In this document: positions 22,659 to 34,584 of the stretch, piece by piece
Layout of the letters: the number at the start of each line of letters is the position of its first letter
Numbering within the stretch: the first letter of the stretch is position 1
Source of the DNA: Diplonema japonicum
Taxonomy: Eukaryota > Protista > Euglenozoa: Diplonemea
DNA: 64,000 nt
Assembly (NCBI GenBank): GCA_964019335.1
Contig: OZ025662.1
Location: 310,001 to 374,000 of the forward strand
Direction: 5' to 3'
The notes under the pieces: model-generated
What the model was told of the DNA's origin: nothing
The model's input: the letters and a program-made list of their open reading frames with translations, nothing else
The model's database searches: none
Program-made: the position numbers and the translations under genes

Positions 22659-24110
22659 ATGTCGCGAATGAGCAAGATGTGTGTGGGTCTCCTCCTTGCA
22701 GCGGGGTACAGCGCGGGGCAGCAGGCGTGCAACGGGATGGACTGCCAGGCTGTGGAGCAGCCTCTGCAGCTGGGGATCCAGAAGTGCACGAAAGCCGGGG
22801 GGTGCCAGAAGGACGGGGAGACGTACATCACGATGGACGCGAACTGGCGGTGGCTGCAGCACGAGGACACCTACACGAACTGCTGGGACCAGTACAAGAT
22901 GTGGGTGAACCCGGACTGCTCGTCTGCGGCGGACCAGCAGAAGTGCGCGCAGAACTGCATGCTTGAGGGGGTGGACTACGGGAAGTACGGAGTGACGAGC
23001 GACGGGACCTCGATGACGATGAAGTTCAAGGGCCCTGACGGGAACATCGGGTCGCGGCTGTACATGTTGGAGCAGAAGGCGGAGGCGAAGGCGAGGGGGG
23101 CGAGCAAGGCGGACCCGTCGTCGTGGGAGTACAAGACCTTCAACCTCCTGAACAAGGAGTTCAGCTTCACGGTGGAGGCGCCGAAGCTGAGCTGCGGGAT
23201 CAACGGGCCGATCTACTTCGTGGAGATGAACAAGGACGGGGACATGGACGGGACCTACAACTCGGCGGGCCCGCTGTACGGAACAGGGTACTGCGACGCG
23301 CAGTGTCCGGGGGACATGCACTTCGTGAAGGGGAGGGCGAACATCCCGATCCAGAACGCGCAGGGGGGCGGGGCGGACTCGGCGTGGCACGCGTGCTGCA
23401 ACGAGATCGACCTGTGGGAGGCGAACAACGTGTCGACGGCGGTGACCCCTCACCCGTGCGAGGCGAACGGGACCGACGTGACGGGGACGTACGCCTGCCC
23501 GAACGGGGCGGACAAGTGCAGGGAGACCTGCGACCACGCGGGCTGCGACTTCGCCTCCTACAGGCTGCAGTACTACAGCGGCGGGATGAACGGGGCGAAG
23601 GTGAACTTCTACGGGAACGGGTTGAAGGTGGACGCGTCGAAGCCGGTGACGGTGGTGACGCAGTTCGTGACGGACGACGGGACCGACACGGGGAAGCTGA
23701 AGGAGATGCGCAGGGTGTACGTGCAGGACGGGAAGGTGATCCAGAACATGAACGCGACGGTGGCAGGGAACACCCACGACTCCATCACCGACGGCTTCTG
23801 CAAGGACCAGGCCAACACCTTCGACGACAAGGTTCAGCACTTCGCCGCGAAGGGAGGGATGGCCAAGATGGGGGACTCCTTCACCCGCGGGATGGTCCTC
23901 GTCTTCTCCCTCTGGGACGACAAGGAGGCCCACATGCTGTGGCTGGACGGGAAGTACCCCCAGAACGCCAGCGACTCCACCCCGGGTGCCGTCCGAGGAA
24001 CCTGCGGCCCCAACGAAGGACCCCCCATGCAGCCAGAGCAGAACTACGCCGACGTCACCACCTCTTACGGAAACTTGAAGTACGGTGAGATCGGTTCCAC
24101 CTTCCCGTGA
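22659..24110 (+). CDS. Secreted glycoside hydrolase family 7 cellulase (cellobiohydrolase-like, no CBM)
   Basis: Signal peptide then Gln; DANWRW, GSRLY, YGTGYCDAQCP, catalytic CCNEIDLWEAN, TPHPC, SLWDD..MLWLD..PGAVRGTC. Confidence 0.95.
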   Translation: MSRMSKMCVGLLLAAGYSAGQQACNGMDCQAVEQPLQLGIQKCTKAGGCQKDGETYITMDANWRWLQHEDTYTNCWDQYKMWVNPDCSSAADQQKCAQNCMLEGVDYGKYGVTSDGTSMTMKFKGPDGNIGSRLYMLEQKAEAKARGASKADPSSWEYKTFNLLNKEFSFTVEAPKLSCGINGPIYFVEMNKDGDMDGTYNSAGPLYGTGYCDAQCPGDMHFVKGRANIPIQNAQGGGADSAWHACCNEIDLWEANNVSTAVTPHPCEANGTDVTGTYACPNGADKCRETCDHAGCDFASYRLQYYSGGMNGAKVNFYGNGLKVDASKPVTVVTQFVTDDGTDTGKLKEMRRVYVQDGKVIQNMNATVAGNTHDSITDGFCKDQANTFDDKVQHFAAKGGMAKMGDSFTRGMVLVFSLWDDKEAHMLWLDGKYPQNASDSTPGAVRGTCGPNEGPPMQPEQNYADVTTSYGNLKYGEIGSTFP

Positions 24111-24644
24111 AACAACAAAAAAAAGAGAAAACAAATAAAAAAAAAGAAGTTTGACATTGTTTAGCTTAGTTTATTCTTCGTTCTTCTTCTAAAATTGTTC
24201 GATTATTTGATCGCAATTTCTTCAACGTCACCCCCCCCCCCTTTTTTTGTTTCTGTTTCTTTCAACGAAGGGTTGCTCCCAAACCTCTACTTTCTTTCAG
24301 AGAGTTTTGAGACGATGAATAAATATGATAAAAAAAGAAAAGAAAAAGAGAGCATCCTCTGCCACCCCCCTTTTTTTGTTTATGTTCACCCAACAAAAAA
24401 AAAAAAGGGCAACAAGGCGTCTCGTGAAACAACAACCAATCTGAGACAACTGTTGCTCTTTCTAACCATGTTTTTTTTCTTTCTTTCCCTCCCTCTCTTG
24501 TTATTTGTTTTGTTTTTGTTTTGCTTGTACCTTGTGGATCCCATCGCTGGCACAGCACTCAATATTCTTTCTTTTAACTGTTTTTTTCTCTGCATATGAT
24601 TCAAAACCGCTACCAAAAAAAAAAGGAAGGAGAGAGGGAAGACA

Positions 24645-25884
24645 ATGGCCACCATAGATAACTTGAATGCGTTGCTGAAGAGTGGGATGCCTAAAGAGGT
24701 GTGTCCCCCCTTTTTAAAAAAAAAAGAAGAAAAAAAAAAGGCATGCGTAGTAATGGGAAATGAAAGCTGTGACATGGACTCAATTGTAACCAGGTAAAGA
24801 AAAAAAAAAGGAAAAAAAAAAAGAAAAAAAAACACACACACAGCTTGGTGTATGCAACATATCTGTCGCAGAAGGAGAAGCGACCAGTTGTGCCTATTCT
24901 GAACGTTGAAAGAGAGGACCTAGCTCTACGGTCCGAAACTACCTGGGCCTTGCAAGACGCAGGTGTGGATCTTGAGAAAGTGATCTTCGCACCGGAAGTG
25001 GACTGGGACCAGGTGGGCGAAATCGTCCTCGTGGACCACAACCTGCTGTGCCCTGCCCAGAGCACACTGGGACCCAAGGTCATCGAAGTCCTAGACCACC
25101 ACGCGGACTCGGGGAAATACATCGACCAATGCAGGAACCGGGCCATCCGCACAGTGGGATCGGCTTCTACCCTGGCTGCCATCGTCATCCTCCAAGGAAA
25201 CCCAATGGAAGAAGAGCCCATCCTGAGCCCGACAAAGGGGGCTATGTGTGACATGGTGGCAAAGCTGCTCTTGGGAACGATTATGGTGGACACAATGAAC
25301 AACGACCCTGCAATGAAGAAAACGACACCGTTGGACAGGCTCGCGGTATGGATACGAGAATAAAAAAAAAAAAAGAGGGGGGGAAAAAAAAATAGACCAA
25401 GCACCTGTCGGAAATGGTGTGGGGAGCTGATGCTGAAGACGGCCGCAGGGACGAGTTGTACAAGAAGCTCAGTATTGAGAAGTTCAACACAAGCGGGTTG
25501 ACGATCCAAATGAGCCTTCGCAAGGATTATAAAAAGTTCAGTTTTTCCGATGTGGAAGTCGGGATGGCGTCCATCCTGGAGAGCCTCGAGTCTCTCGCTG
25601 GGAAGGGGGACCTTCATGCCGAAATGGAGCAATACAAAGCGAAGCACAATCTTGATATTCTAATCATCATGTCTCTCACACAAACAAACGGCATCGAGCG
25701 TGAGATCGCCACCACCCACCACACCAAGCTCCTTGCGGAGCTGGCAGACGGGCCGCTCAGCAAGGAGCTGGAACTGAAGGAGATCGCTCCTGTAGGGGGC
25801 GTGACCGTGTTCAAGCAGAACAACGTCGCAGTGTCCAGAAAGGTCCTCACACCGAAGCTTGAGGTGTTCTTTGCCTCGGCTTAG
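24645..25884 (+). CDS. Exopolyphosphatase Prune/PPX1 (DHH family)
   Basis: VMGNESCDMDS, LVDHN, LDHH, VGSASTL, DTMN, LRKDYKKF, SRK. Introns 24699-24740, 24794-24843, 25346-25395. Confidence 0.92.
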
Positions 25885-26134
25885 ATTTCCCCCCCCCCCC
25901 CCCCCCTTCTTATTCCCTTTTTCTGTTTCCTTCTCTCCATTAGATGCTAAAGACGGATTATATTATCCCATTTTTGAAAATAGAAAATCCCGTTATGATT
26001 AATCCTTCACCTCTATATTTTTTTTTTGTTTTTTTTCTTCCGCTTCTCCGTGCACTTTTGTGGCCTCGTCGACAAAGAAAAAAAAGATTCATCTCAACCT
26101 CAGACGACCGCAACCGGAACGGGGTGAAGAAAAA

Positions 26135-27178
26135 ATGGCGATCCCCCTCAAAGATATCCAAGAGGCCTATGAGCGAGTGAAGGATGTGGCGCATGAAACA
26201 CCTGTCATGACGTGCACGGCTGTCGACGACGCAGTGGGAGGGGGCAGGAAGGTCTTTTTCAAATGCGAACACCTACAAAAGATCGGCGCGTTTAAAATCC
26301 GCGGGGCGGTGAACGCAGTAACAAGACTGAAGGAGGAGGTCAAAGACCTCCGCGCGGTAGTAACACACAGCTCGGGCAACCATGCACAAGCCCTCGCACT
26401 AGCAGGGAAGATACGCGGTGTAGACGCACACATCGTTATGCCACGCACCGCACCTGCTGTGAAAGTAGCCGCAGTAAGGGACACATACAAAGCTAAAGTA
26501 TATATATGCGACTCTCAAGAAGCCCGGCAACCAACCTCAGACGAAATCGTGAAGAGAACTAACGGGGTGTTCATCCACCCGTACAACCATAGGTACGTGC
26601 AGACAGGCCAAGGGACTGCAGGCTATGAATTCATGAATCAAATGTCCTGCGATCTCGATGCAGTCGTCATAGCTATCGGCGGCGGTGGGATGTTCACCGG
26701 CATGGCGTCGGCCATTAAAGCCATGAACCCTAAAACAAAGGTGTTCGGTGCCGAGCCTCTCATGGCTAACGATGCCTACAGGTCTTTCATGCAAAGGGAG
26801 CGTGTTGTTTCGCACCTCCCTGGGCAGCCTGCAACTATGGCGGACGGGCTGCTTACACTTCTCGCACCTTCGACATATGAGGGGGTCATGAGCCTTGCCG
26901 ACGGGATCATCACTGTGTCTGAGAAGGAGATTTCCTCGGCGCTCCGTCTTGTGATGGAGCGCATGAAGCAGGTTATTGAGCCATCTGCGGCCGTCCCGCT
27001 CGCTGCGCTTATGTCTTCGTCCTTCCCATCCGACCCCTCGTTGAAGAGAATAGGCGTTGTGCTATGCGGTGGCAACATTGATCTTGAAAGTTTGCCAAAG
27101 TATGTTGGGGGAAATCTTTTTTTTTTTTTTTTGATAAATAATATTAATTACAGGCTTCTCAACGTCGCTAAAATGTGA
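26135..27178 (+). CDS. Serine racemase / serine-threonine dehydratase (fold-type II PLP enzyme)
   Basis: FKCEHLQKIGAFKIRGA, THSSGNHAQA, GQGT, IGGGG, EPSAAV, CGGNID. In-frame intron 27100-27153. Ends -AKM. Confidence 0.92.
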   Translation: MAIPLKDIQEAYERVKDVAHETPVMTCTAVDDAVGGGRKVFFKCEHLQKIGAFKIRGAVNAVTRLKEEVKDLRAVVTHSSGNHAQALALAGKIRGVDAHIVMPRTAPAVKVAAVRDTYKAKVYICDSQEARQPTSDEIVKRTNGVFIHPYNHRYVQTGQGTAGYEFMNQMSCDLDAVVIAIGGGGMFTGMASAIKAMNPKTKVFGAEPLMANDAYRSFMQRERVVSHLPGQPATMADGLLTLLAPSTYEGVMSLADGIITVSEKEISSALRLVMERMKQVIEPSAAVPLAALMSSSFPSDPSLKRIGVVLCGGNIDLESLPKYVGGNLFFFFLINNINYRLLNVAKM

Positions 27179-27529
27179 AACACACAGAAAAGAAAGAAAA
27201 AAAAAGAGAGAAGACGGGAAACATTGAAAAAGAAGGGGGGAAAAGAAAATAACGTAAACGAAACGTGGAAAAGAAGAAGAAAAAAAAAAGAAAAAAAACC
27301 TACCTGCCCTGCCCGTTTTTTCAAACATTAAAAAACAAAAAACAAAAAAAAAGAAGAAAATCGAGATCTTTTCACAGTGACTGATTACAAGCTGATTCTT
27401 TGTTCGTCTCTCTCTCGATTTTCTTCCTTTTCCACTCCCCTCTCAAATTTATACCATATTGCACACGGCAAGAGAAGAATGAGAAAAAGAAGACAAAAAA
27501 AAAAAGGGGGGGGGACGAATAAAAAAGAA

Positions 27530-28846
27530 ATGTTGGTGAAGACCCCCCTGCTACGCCGGTTTCTCAAATACGTCCCGCTGAAGGAGAATCAAAGAAAAAA
27601 CATCAAACCGGAAAATATCGGCGCACTGGTGAGCGAGAAGCTGTTTAAAACGACAGAGTTTGGTAAGGTAACGAAAGGCAGAGAGGTAAGAGGCGGTGTC
27701 TCGACACCGCAACTTGCAAGATACCACAAAAAAGCAGATGCTGCGAAAAAAATGGTCAAAGATGTGTTTCTGTACAAGTCTGCTGGCATAGACGGTGCAA
27801 AGGCAGTGTGGTATTGCGAAAAGGTTTTAGGTATTACGTCAATTCGTGCCGATACACATTTTCCGAAAGGAATCTGTTCCGTGCAAAGAATCGAGCTCCC
27901 AACCCCGATTTCATGCCTGCAGCTGGCGAATGCAAACGAGATTTTCTGGGAATTTCTGACAAATCACGGCGACGAAGCTGACCTACCGTTTTCAAGTTAT
28001 TTGAAACGAAAAAAACACGCTCAAAGCTACAAGAAAACCACTAAAAGACACGCGGGGTCATATTCATATCTGCACCTCTTTCCCATCAACGACACAAAAC
28101 TTTCAGCTCCACTAACCTCCGTGGAGTACACCGCGCACTTCTTGGACACAACACCCTTAAGCCAAAGAAGTCTTACATCAATGAAGCAAACACTCAGAAA
28201 CGCATTACAAACCACAGGCTTTGTAAACTACTTCGGGAAGGACCAATGCTGCCACCACAGCGACGGGAACATGAAGGCTGTCCGCATAGCATGGAATCTC
28301 CTTGCCTCCGCGAGGATGGAACTGTACGGTAGAAGAGTCGCGGTGGGGGATCTGGTGAAGCGTAACAACGCAGCAGCAATGAAACGCATCTCTAACCGCC
28401 TGATGGCTTGGGATGAACGAGAACAGTCTGATTCCCACGTTGTTCTTGTGAAAACCAAACAAGAAGCTGAATTGTATACTATTTTCGATGTGGTGTTGCC
28501 AGTGGGTGTTGGGGAAGGCACACTCCACCCTGCCCACAAGATCACTCAAAGCGCGGCGATTCGCTGCCTCGAGGCTACGGGGTACGAGAAAACAGAAAAA
28601 AATGAAAAAAGCGAGCCAGCCTACCGGTACGTTGTTGCCCTCTCGATACACCACTCGGTGTCTGTGTCTGGTGCTGACCTTCCTCTTCTCCTGCAAGACC
28701 ACCTCCCTGTGCCTTCCCGTCAGCGTGTTGGGTTCAACCGCCCCTCTCTGGGTATGAACATCCAGCTGCGGGTGTCACTCCCAGCAGGCACAACGTTCGA
28801 GAGCTTTCGAGACCAACTATTTGAATCAGACGCGTCGTGTGGATAG
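27530..28846 (+). CDS. TruD/PUS7-like pseudouridine synthase homologue, probably catalytically inactive
   Basis: FLYK..D..AV, GFVNYFG, VGDLV, YTIFDVVLP, AYRYVV, SLPAGT; no GxKD catalytic motif. Confidence 0.7.
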   Translation: MLVKTPLLRRFLKYVPLKENQRKNIKPENIGALVSEKLFKTTEFGKVTKGREVRGGVSTPQLARYHKKADAAKKMVKDVFLYKSAGIDGAKAVWYCEKVLGITSIRADTHFPKGICSVQRIELPTPISCLQLANANEIFWEFLTNHGDEADLPFSSYLKRKKHAQSYKKTTKRHAGSYSYLHLFPINDTKLSAPLTSVEYTAHFLDTTPLSQRSLTSMKQTLRNALQTTGFVNYFGKDQCCHHSDGNMKAVRIAWNLLASARMELYGRRVAVGDLVKRNNAAAMKRISNRLMAWDEREQSDSHVVLVKTKQEAELYTIFDVVLPVGVGEGTLHPAHKITQSAAIRCLEATGYEKTEKNEKSEPAYRYVVALSIHHSVSVSGADLPLLLQDHLPVPSRQRVGFNRPSLGMNIQLRVSLPAGTTFESFRDQLFESDASCG

Positions 28847-28869
28847 CGAAGGAGACTTTCATGGTCTCT

Positions 28870-28924
<55 letters not shown>

Positions 28925-29010
28925 TTTCTCTTTCTCCTTCGCTCCGTTTTAAAACAAGAAATTTTTTACAGTGTGAAAGGAAGGGAGAAAAAAAAAAAAA
29001 ACGAGGAAAA

Positions 29011-29110
29011 ATGTCGTCACCGAACCTCCCAAACATGACAACGATCGACATGACGAAGAAGGATGGCGGCAAGGTGGAGATGACACAGGACGAGATGAAA
29101 CGGTATGGGG

Positions 29111-29146
<36 letters not shown>

Positions 29147-30915
29147 GGTTTCAAGAGTGTATGAAGAATCCCGAGTTCATCGATCTCTGGCACGACTATG
29201 CGAAGGAGATCTCCGACCCAAAGAACCTTAAGGAGCAGGAAGAGTACCTCAACCAGGTGGAGCAGGAAGCGAAGGAACAGGGCGACCACAGCTTCACGTT
29301 CATCTTTCCGAAGCCAAATTTCTGCGTCCGGATGAACTGCAAAGAGCGGATCTACATCAACGTATGCGACGACGACAAGGTGGAGGAGCCCGTCGAGAAA
29401 ACGACAGGCAACCTGAACGCAAGCAGCTGGGAAGTCCCGATCTGCCTAGGGAAGATACGTGACGACATCGCAGAGGACAAGGAGTGCAAGGTTGTCGACG
29501 CATGCTACCACCCTAAGGCGACCTTCTTGGCGAAGAAATCGGACAAGTTCATGGTGTTCCTCGTAGAGATCGCCGTGGAGAACATGAATCACACCTACGC
29601 AAAGGATCTCCCCTGCACCATCCCTATGGAGTTCAGAAGAATGTCCTTCGAATGCGTGGGCTCCCCTGCAGCACAAACCATTCGCATCCAACCCGTAAAA
29701 GGTAAGGAAGGCGAGCTTGTTGTACAGAAGAAGGCCCCCGGCCACGTTGCATCTAAAACCGCCTTTAAAGGCAACGAGGGTTTTGCCGACCGCCTTGCTG
29801 CTAGCATGGGCGACCAAACGGCAAAGGAAAAGCTCAAAGCACAGAAGAAAGCAGAAGCCGATGCCGAGCTAGCACAACTCGACAAAAAACGACGGGAAAT
29901 GGAGGAGAAGGCAGCCGAAGAACAGAGACGCGCCGACGAGTTCAAGCGGAACCTCGCCAAAGGAATGGGAGCACAGCCTGCCAAGCCGTCCTTCCCGAAG
30001 TACACCATAACACAGCAGGGAACGAAAGGTATCCCCCCACCTTTTTTTTCCCCTTCTTTTTTCAAAAAAAAAAAAAAAAAAGGTTACGAAGACTGCTGGA
30101 ACCGTACCGAAGAGCCTCAAAGAAAGCTTCCCAAGTTTCTAAAGGTGGTCGTCTCTCTTCCGGACGTGAAGAAAGCTACAGATATCGACATGCATCTTGA
30201 GCCACAGGTCATCTCGCTCACCTCGGAGAAGCACAAGGGTATGGATGAGGTCATCACATGTATCATTCACACCAAAGGCATCAACGGGGACATCAAGCTG
30301 CCTTACGAAGTGAACCCAGATGCCGCGTCCGCGAAGTTCGAAAAAGCTAAGAAGGTGCTCACAGTGACGCTGCCCGTGGTGCAAAAGGAGTCCGAGTTTG
30401 AAAAGGAGTTCAGGTTGAAGAAAAGCGAAGATCAACGGAAATTCAAAGAGGACGCAGCTAAACAAGCCGAAGAAGAACGCTTAGAAATCGAAGCTGAAAA
30501 CCGCGTCATTAGAGAGGCAAAGGAAGCCGCGGCAAGACTTGAACAGGAACGACATGACAAGGAAAACGCACGCAGGAAAGAGGTTGAAAGAATGCTTGAA
30601 AAAGCAGCAGAAGACGAAAGGCTACGAAAAGCAGAAGAAGCCCTCAAAAAAGCTCAGGAAAAAGAAGCTGCGTTGAAGAAGGCCCGCGAGGAGCAAACAC
30701 AGGCAAATATTGCTGCACTTGAGAATACGAAGACCTCAATGTACAAAGAGGAACAAGAGACACGACAGGCAGCAGAGATTGAACACGAAAAACTGATGAA
30801 AAAAATCAAGAAAGAAATCGAAGCCGCAAAGCTCTCGGAGAGCGCGGCGCAGAAATCTAGGCGAAAGCAGGCAGAGCTCCCCTTCAGCAACCAGCTTGTA
30901 TTCGAGTTGGACTGA
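29011..30915 (+). CDS. DNAAF2: Kintoun/PF13 dynein assembly factor (PIH1 domain)
   Basis: MKNPEFIDLWHDYAKEISDPKN, IYINVC, WEVP, AKFEKAKKVLTVTLPV, LVFELD*. Three in-frame introns 29103-29147, 30029-30082, 30239-30277. Confidence 0.88.
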
Positions 30916-31050
30916 GGGGAACCGGGACACGAAAACGCTTCTCTTCCCTCCTCTCACCTCCTTTCTTAATTTTAAGTCTAATTATAAAAAGAAATATTTT
31001 CCGTACTTACAACAACTTGCAACCATCCGCACAGCTAACTCTTATCCAAG

Positions 31051-32516
31051 ATGGCCACCGACGGTAAGCAGCATTTGTCGATCGTGATCTGCGGTCACGT
31101 CGACTCCGGGAAGTCCACCACCACCGGGCGTCTCCTCTTCGAGCTCGGTGGAATCCCCGAGCGTGAGATGGAGAAGTTGAAGGCTGAGGCCGAGCGTCTT
31201 GGTAAGCAGTCCTTCGCCTTCGCCTTCTACATGGACAGGCAGAAGGAGGAGCGTGAGCGTGGTGTGACCATCGCCTGCACCACCAAGGAGTTCTTCACGG
31301 AGAAGTGGCACTACACCGTGATCGACGCCCCCGGGCACAGGGATTTCATCAAGAACATGATCACCGGTGCCTCGCAGGCCGACGTCGCCCTTCTCATGAT
31401 CCCCGCTGACGGTAACTTCGTGTCCGCCATCGCCAGGGGCAACCACAAGGCCGGTGAGATCCAGGGCCAGACCAGGCAGCACGCCCGTCTTATCAACCTG
31501 CTCGGTGTGAAGCAGCTCATCGTTGGTATCAACAAGATGGACTGCGACGTCGCCCAGTACAAGGAGGAGAGGTACAACGAGATCAAGGAGGAGATGAAGA
31601 GCATGTTGGTGAAGACCGGTTGGAAGAAGGACTTCGTTGAGAAGAACGTCCCCGTCCTCCCCATCTCGGGTTGGATCGGTGACAACCTTCTCAAGAAGTC
31701 CACCAAGATGGACTGGTGGAAGGGTCAGGACGTCCTCGTCGGCGCCGACGAGAAGCTCCACATCGACACCCTTGTCGACGCTCTTGACAAGATGGTGAGG
31801 ATGCCTGAGAGGAAGAACGACGCCCCCATGAGGATGCCCGTCTCGGGTGTGTACAAGGTATGCTCCTTACAACAAAAAAAAGAAATTTTTTATAACCCTA
31901 AATATAACAGATCAAGGGTGTTGGTGATGTTATTACTGGCCGTGTGGAGCAGGGTATCGTGAAGCCCGGTGAGGAAGTGCTCTTCCTCCCCACCCACACC
32001 GCCGCCAACGCGTGCGTGGGTAAGGTGTTCACCTGCGAGATGCACCACAAGAGGTGCGAGGACGCCAAGGCCGGTGACAACGTGGGGCTGAACGTTAAGG
32101 GTCTCAACAAGGACAACATGCCGAGGACCGGTGACGTGATGATCTACAAGAAGGACGCCTCCCTGAAGGAGGCCGGTACCTTCAACGCCCAGGTGCAGAT
32201 CCTGGACCACCCTGGTGAGCTCAAGGTTGGGTACACCCCCGTGTGCTTCGTGAGGACCGGTAGGTCCGCTGTGAGGATGACCCAGCTGGTGTGGAAGATG
32301 GGTAAGGAGACTGGTGGTAAGAAGGCTGAGGAGCCCCACTGCCTGAAGGCCAACGAGATGGCTGAGGTCGTCTTCGCCCCCCAGCAGCCCCTTGTCGTCG
32401 ACACCTTCAAGAACTGCGAGGGTCTCTCCCGTGTCGCCATCATGGAGGGCAACGGTGTCGTCATGCTTGGCAAGGTCACCAAGACCACTGAGAAGGTCAT
32501 CGCCAAGAAGAAGTAG
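31051..32516 (+). CDS. EFL: Elongation factor-like GTPase (EF-1alpha-related)
   Basis: ICGHVDSGKSTTTG, SFAFAFYMDRQKEERERGVTIACTTKEFFT, GNHKAGEIQGQTRQHARL and PISGW are EFL-diagnostic. Intron 31858-31910. Strong codon bias. Confidence 0.96.
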
Positions 32517-32929
32517 AACTGATGATTTGAAAAAGAAAAAAAGTACTCACCCCCTTTTTTTTTATTAACGTGTACAAGCTTTTTATTATTATTATTTTTT
32601 GAAGGGGAAAAGGAAGGACTGGCACGCAACTTTTTTTTTAAAATACATTTTCTTTTTTTTTTCGGGAAAAAAAAAAAAAAAAAAAAAAAAAAACCCACAC
32701 CTTATTAGTCTTCCTGCATTTTTTTATTCCCTCTTTTTTTATTCCCTTCCCCTTCAACGCTCTTTTTTCTACCCCCTTTTCCCAAAAAAAAAAAATATAT
32801 ATATATATTATGTATATATATATATGAAACATCAATTTTCTTTATGTCCCAACCCACCCCTTTTTTATTTTGTATTAAAGATTTTCTATAAAAAAAAAGA
32901 GGAGGGAGGGGGGGGGGGGGGGGGAGGTA

Positions 32930-34584
32930 ATGGCTCGAAAATCTAGACGTCTAGAGGATCAGTTAGGACATTCTGCAGCGCAATCGGGCTTTTTAACGGA
33001 CACAAACACTTACGAAGACATTGGTAGTAGCATAAGTCAGATGGACTATAATAGCCCACCTGCACTAAAGGAGAAGCACAAGGAAGGGAAGGTAAGGTTC
33101 AATCAGGGCGGGGTATGGCAGTCTCCATTTTTACAGCAAAAGAAAAAAAAAAAAAAAAAAAAGGTTAGCGAGGCAAGTTTTGTCTCAACAAACTCTGACC
33201 TGTACAGTAGTTTCAACGTGTCCACGGCGACGGCAGAGATGATCTCGAGGATGGTACTGTGGACAAAAAAAAAAAAAATAAATAAAAAAAACTGAACAAC
33301 AGCACCCCGACGAGGCCATGAACGATTCAACTATAAGAACCGATCTGACCATCAGCATCGACAGCTTGGTGGTGAGCAGCCCTGTACCACACACAGGATG
33401 GTACTGTGTGGAAGGAAGCATTATAAGTATGTAACAAAAGAATAGCAAGAAAAAAAAAAAAAAAAAAAAAAAAAACTCCTTTAGCTACGTCGAAGCTACA
33501 AAACCTTCGGAAGCGCAAAGGCATGCCTGTGAACAAGACACCAGTGGCTACCTTCCGGACGGGTTTGTCCCCGTTCGTGGAGTCGAAGTGCGACTGGAGA
33601 AACGACGCGAGAAAATCGCAAAAATTCCGGATCAACGGCGTGCGGCTCCCCGTCGAGCGGTGCCACGACTCGCAGCTCAACAGGAGGTACCTGGAGCTGG
33701 TTGTCCTAAAGGCCGACCACCCCAACGCCAGCCGATCTGAATGCGTCCCTTTCATGAAAGACAAGGCCCTTGCCGACCTGGTGTACAAAGGAAGCGGGTC
33801 AGACAAGAAAAGAAGACGGGCACAAATGACCCTCCTCCGAGAAGGGACGAACACATCATACACCTTGCAGGTGTATGTAACTATGTGTCTTGTGAAGGAT
33901 GACTCAGATGACTTTGTACCGCAAAGACTGGCATACCCCCCGCCCCCGCCCATCCTCGGCAACCCGGAGAGCGATATTGGTATCCACACACCAGAGTTCG
34001 ACGACGTTGCGAAGGAAGAAGAAGAGGAAAGAGTGAGATGGAGCATTGTGGGGCGAAACCTCATTGTAGGTGTTGTTGGTGGGGCAGTGGTTGGAAGCGC
34101 AATAGGAGGCTTACTTGGGTTGGCTGCTGGGAAAAGTGCAGCCGCAACACCCCATGTTGTTCATGCCACTGCAGTTGCTACACCAGCAGCAGCCAAGACA
34201 GCCACTGCCGCAAGTACAGCAAAAGCAACAACTGCCGCAGCTGCCAGTAAAACGGCAGCTACTACAGGGCAGCACGCAGCGTCAACTAGCCATGCTGGGC
34301 TTAATGGTGCGTATCACCAGTCGGCTGGCAATGTTGGTGCGAACACCTCTGCGACTTCCTCGTCTGAACCTTCATGGACAGACAGTGTACTCAGTGGAGC
34401 GTGGATAGGTGCCGTCACTGGTTTCGTTACGTCCATCGTTTGTACCGCCACCTCGACCCCCTCCTGCTGCGACCCTTATAGTGCCCCGGCTGACGATGAG
34501 TATTCGTACTCTTATGGTGATGTGCAACCACCTCCAGGGCCTCCAGGGGGGGTTGAGTACCCGGCCCGAAGGCTTCGTAGATAG
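32930..34584 (+). CDS. Uncharacterised protein with possible C2-like beta domain and glycine-zipper TM helices
   Basis: Introns 33113-33163, 33254-33302 and 33427-33484 join the ORFs in frame; hydrophobic GVVGGAVVGSAIGGLLG and GAWIGAVTGFV segments. Confidence 0.6.

Noticed and set aside
22512-24134. 540-aa minus-strand ORF (and similar ones opposite EFL, kinesin, PUF, VPS4)
   Set aside because: Antisense shadow of strongly biased codon usage; no recognisable motifs.
28837-29010. Poly-F/poly-K N-terminal ORF extensions (also 38429, 41760, 51781, 27377)
   Set aside because: Stop-free homopolymer spacers upstream of the real ATG.
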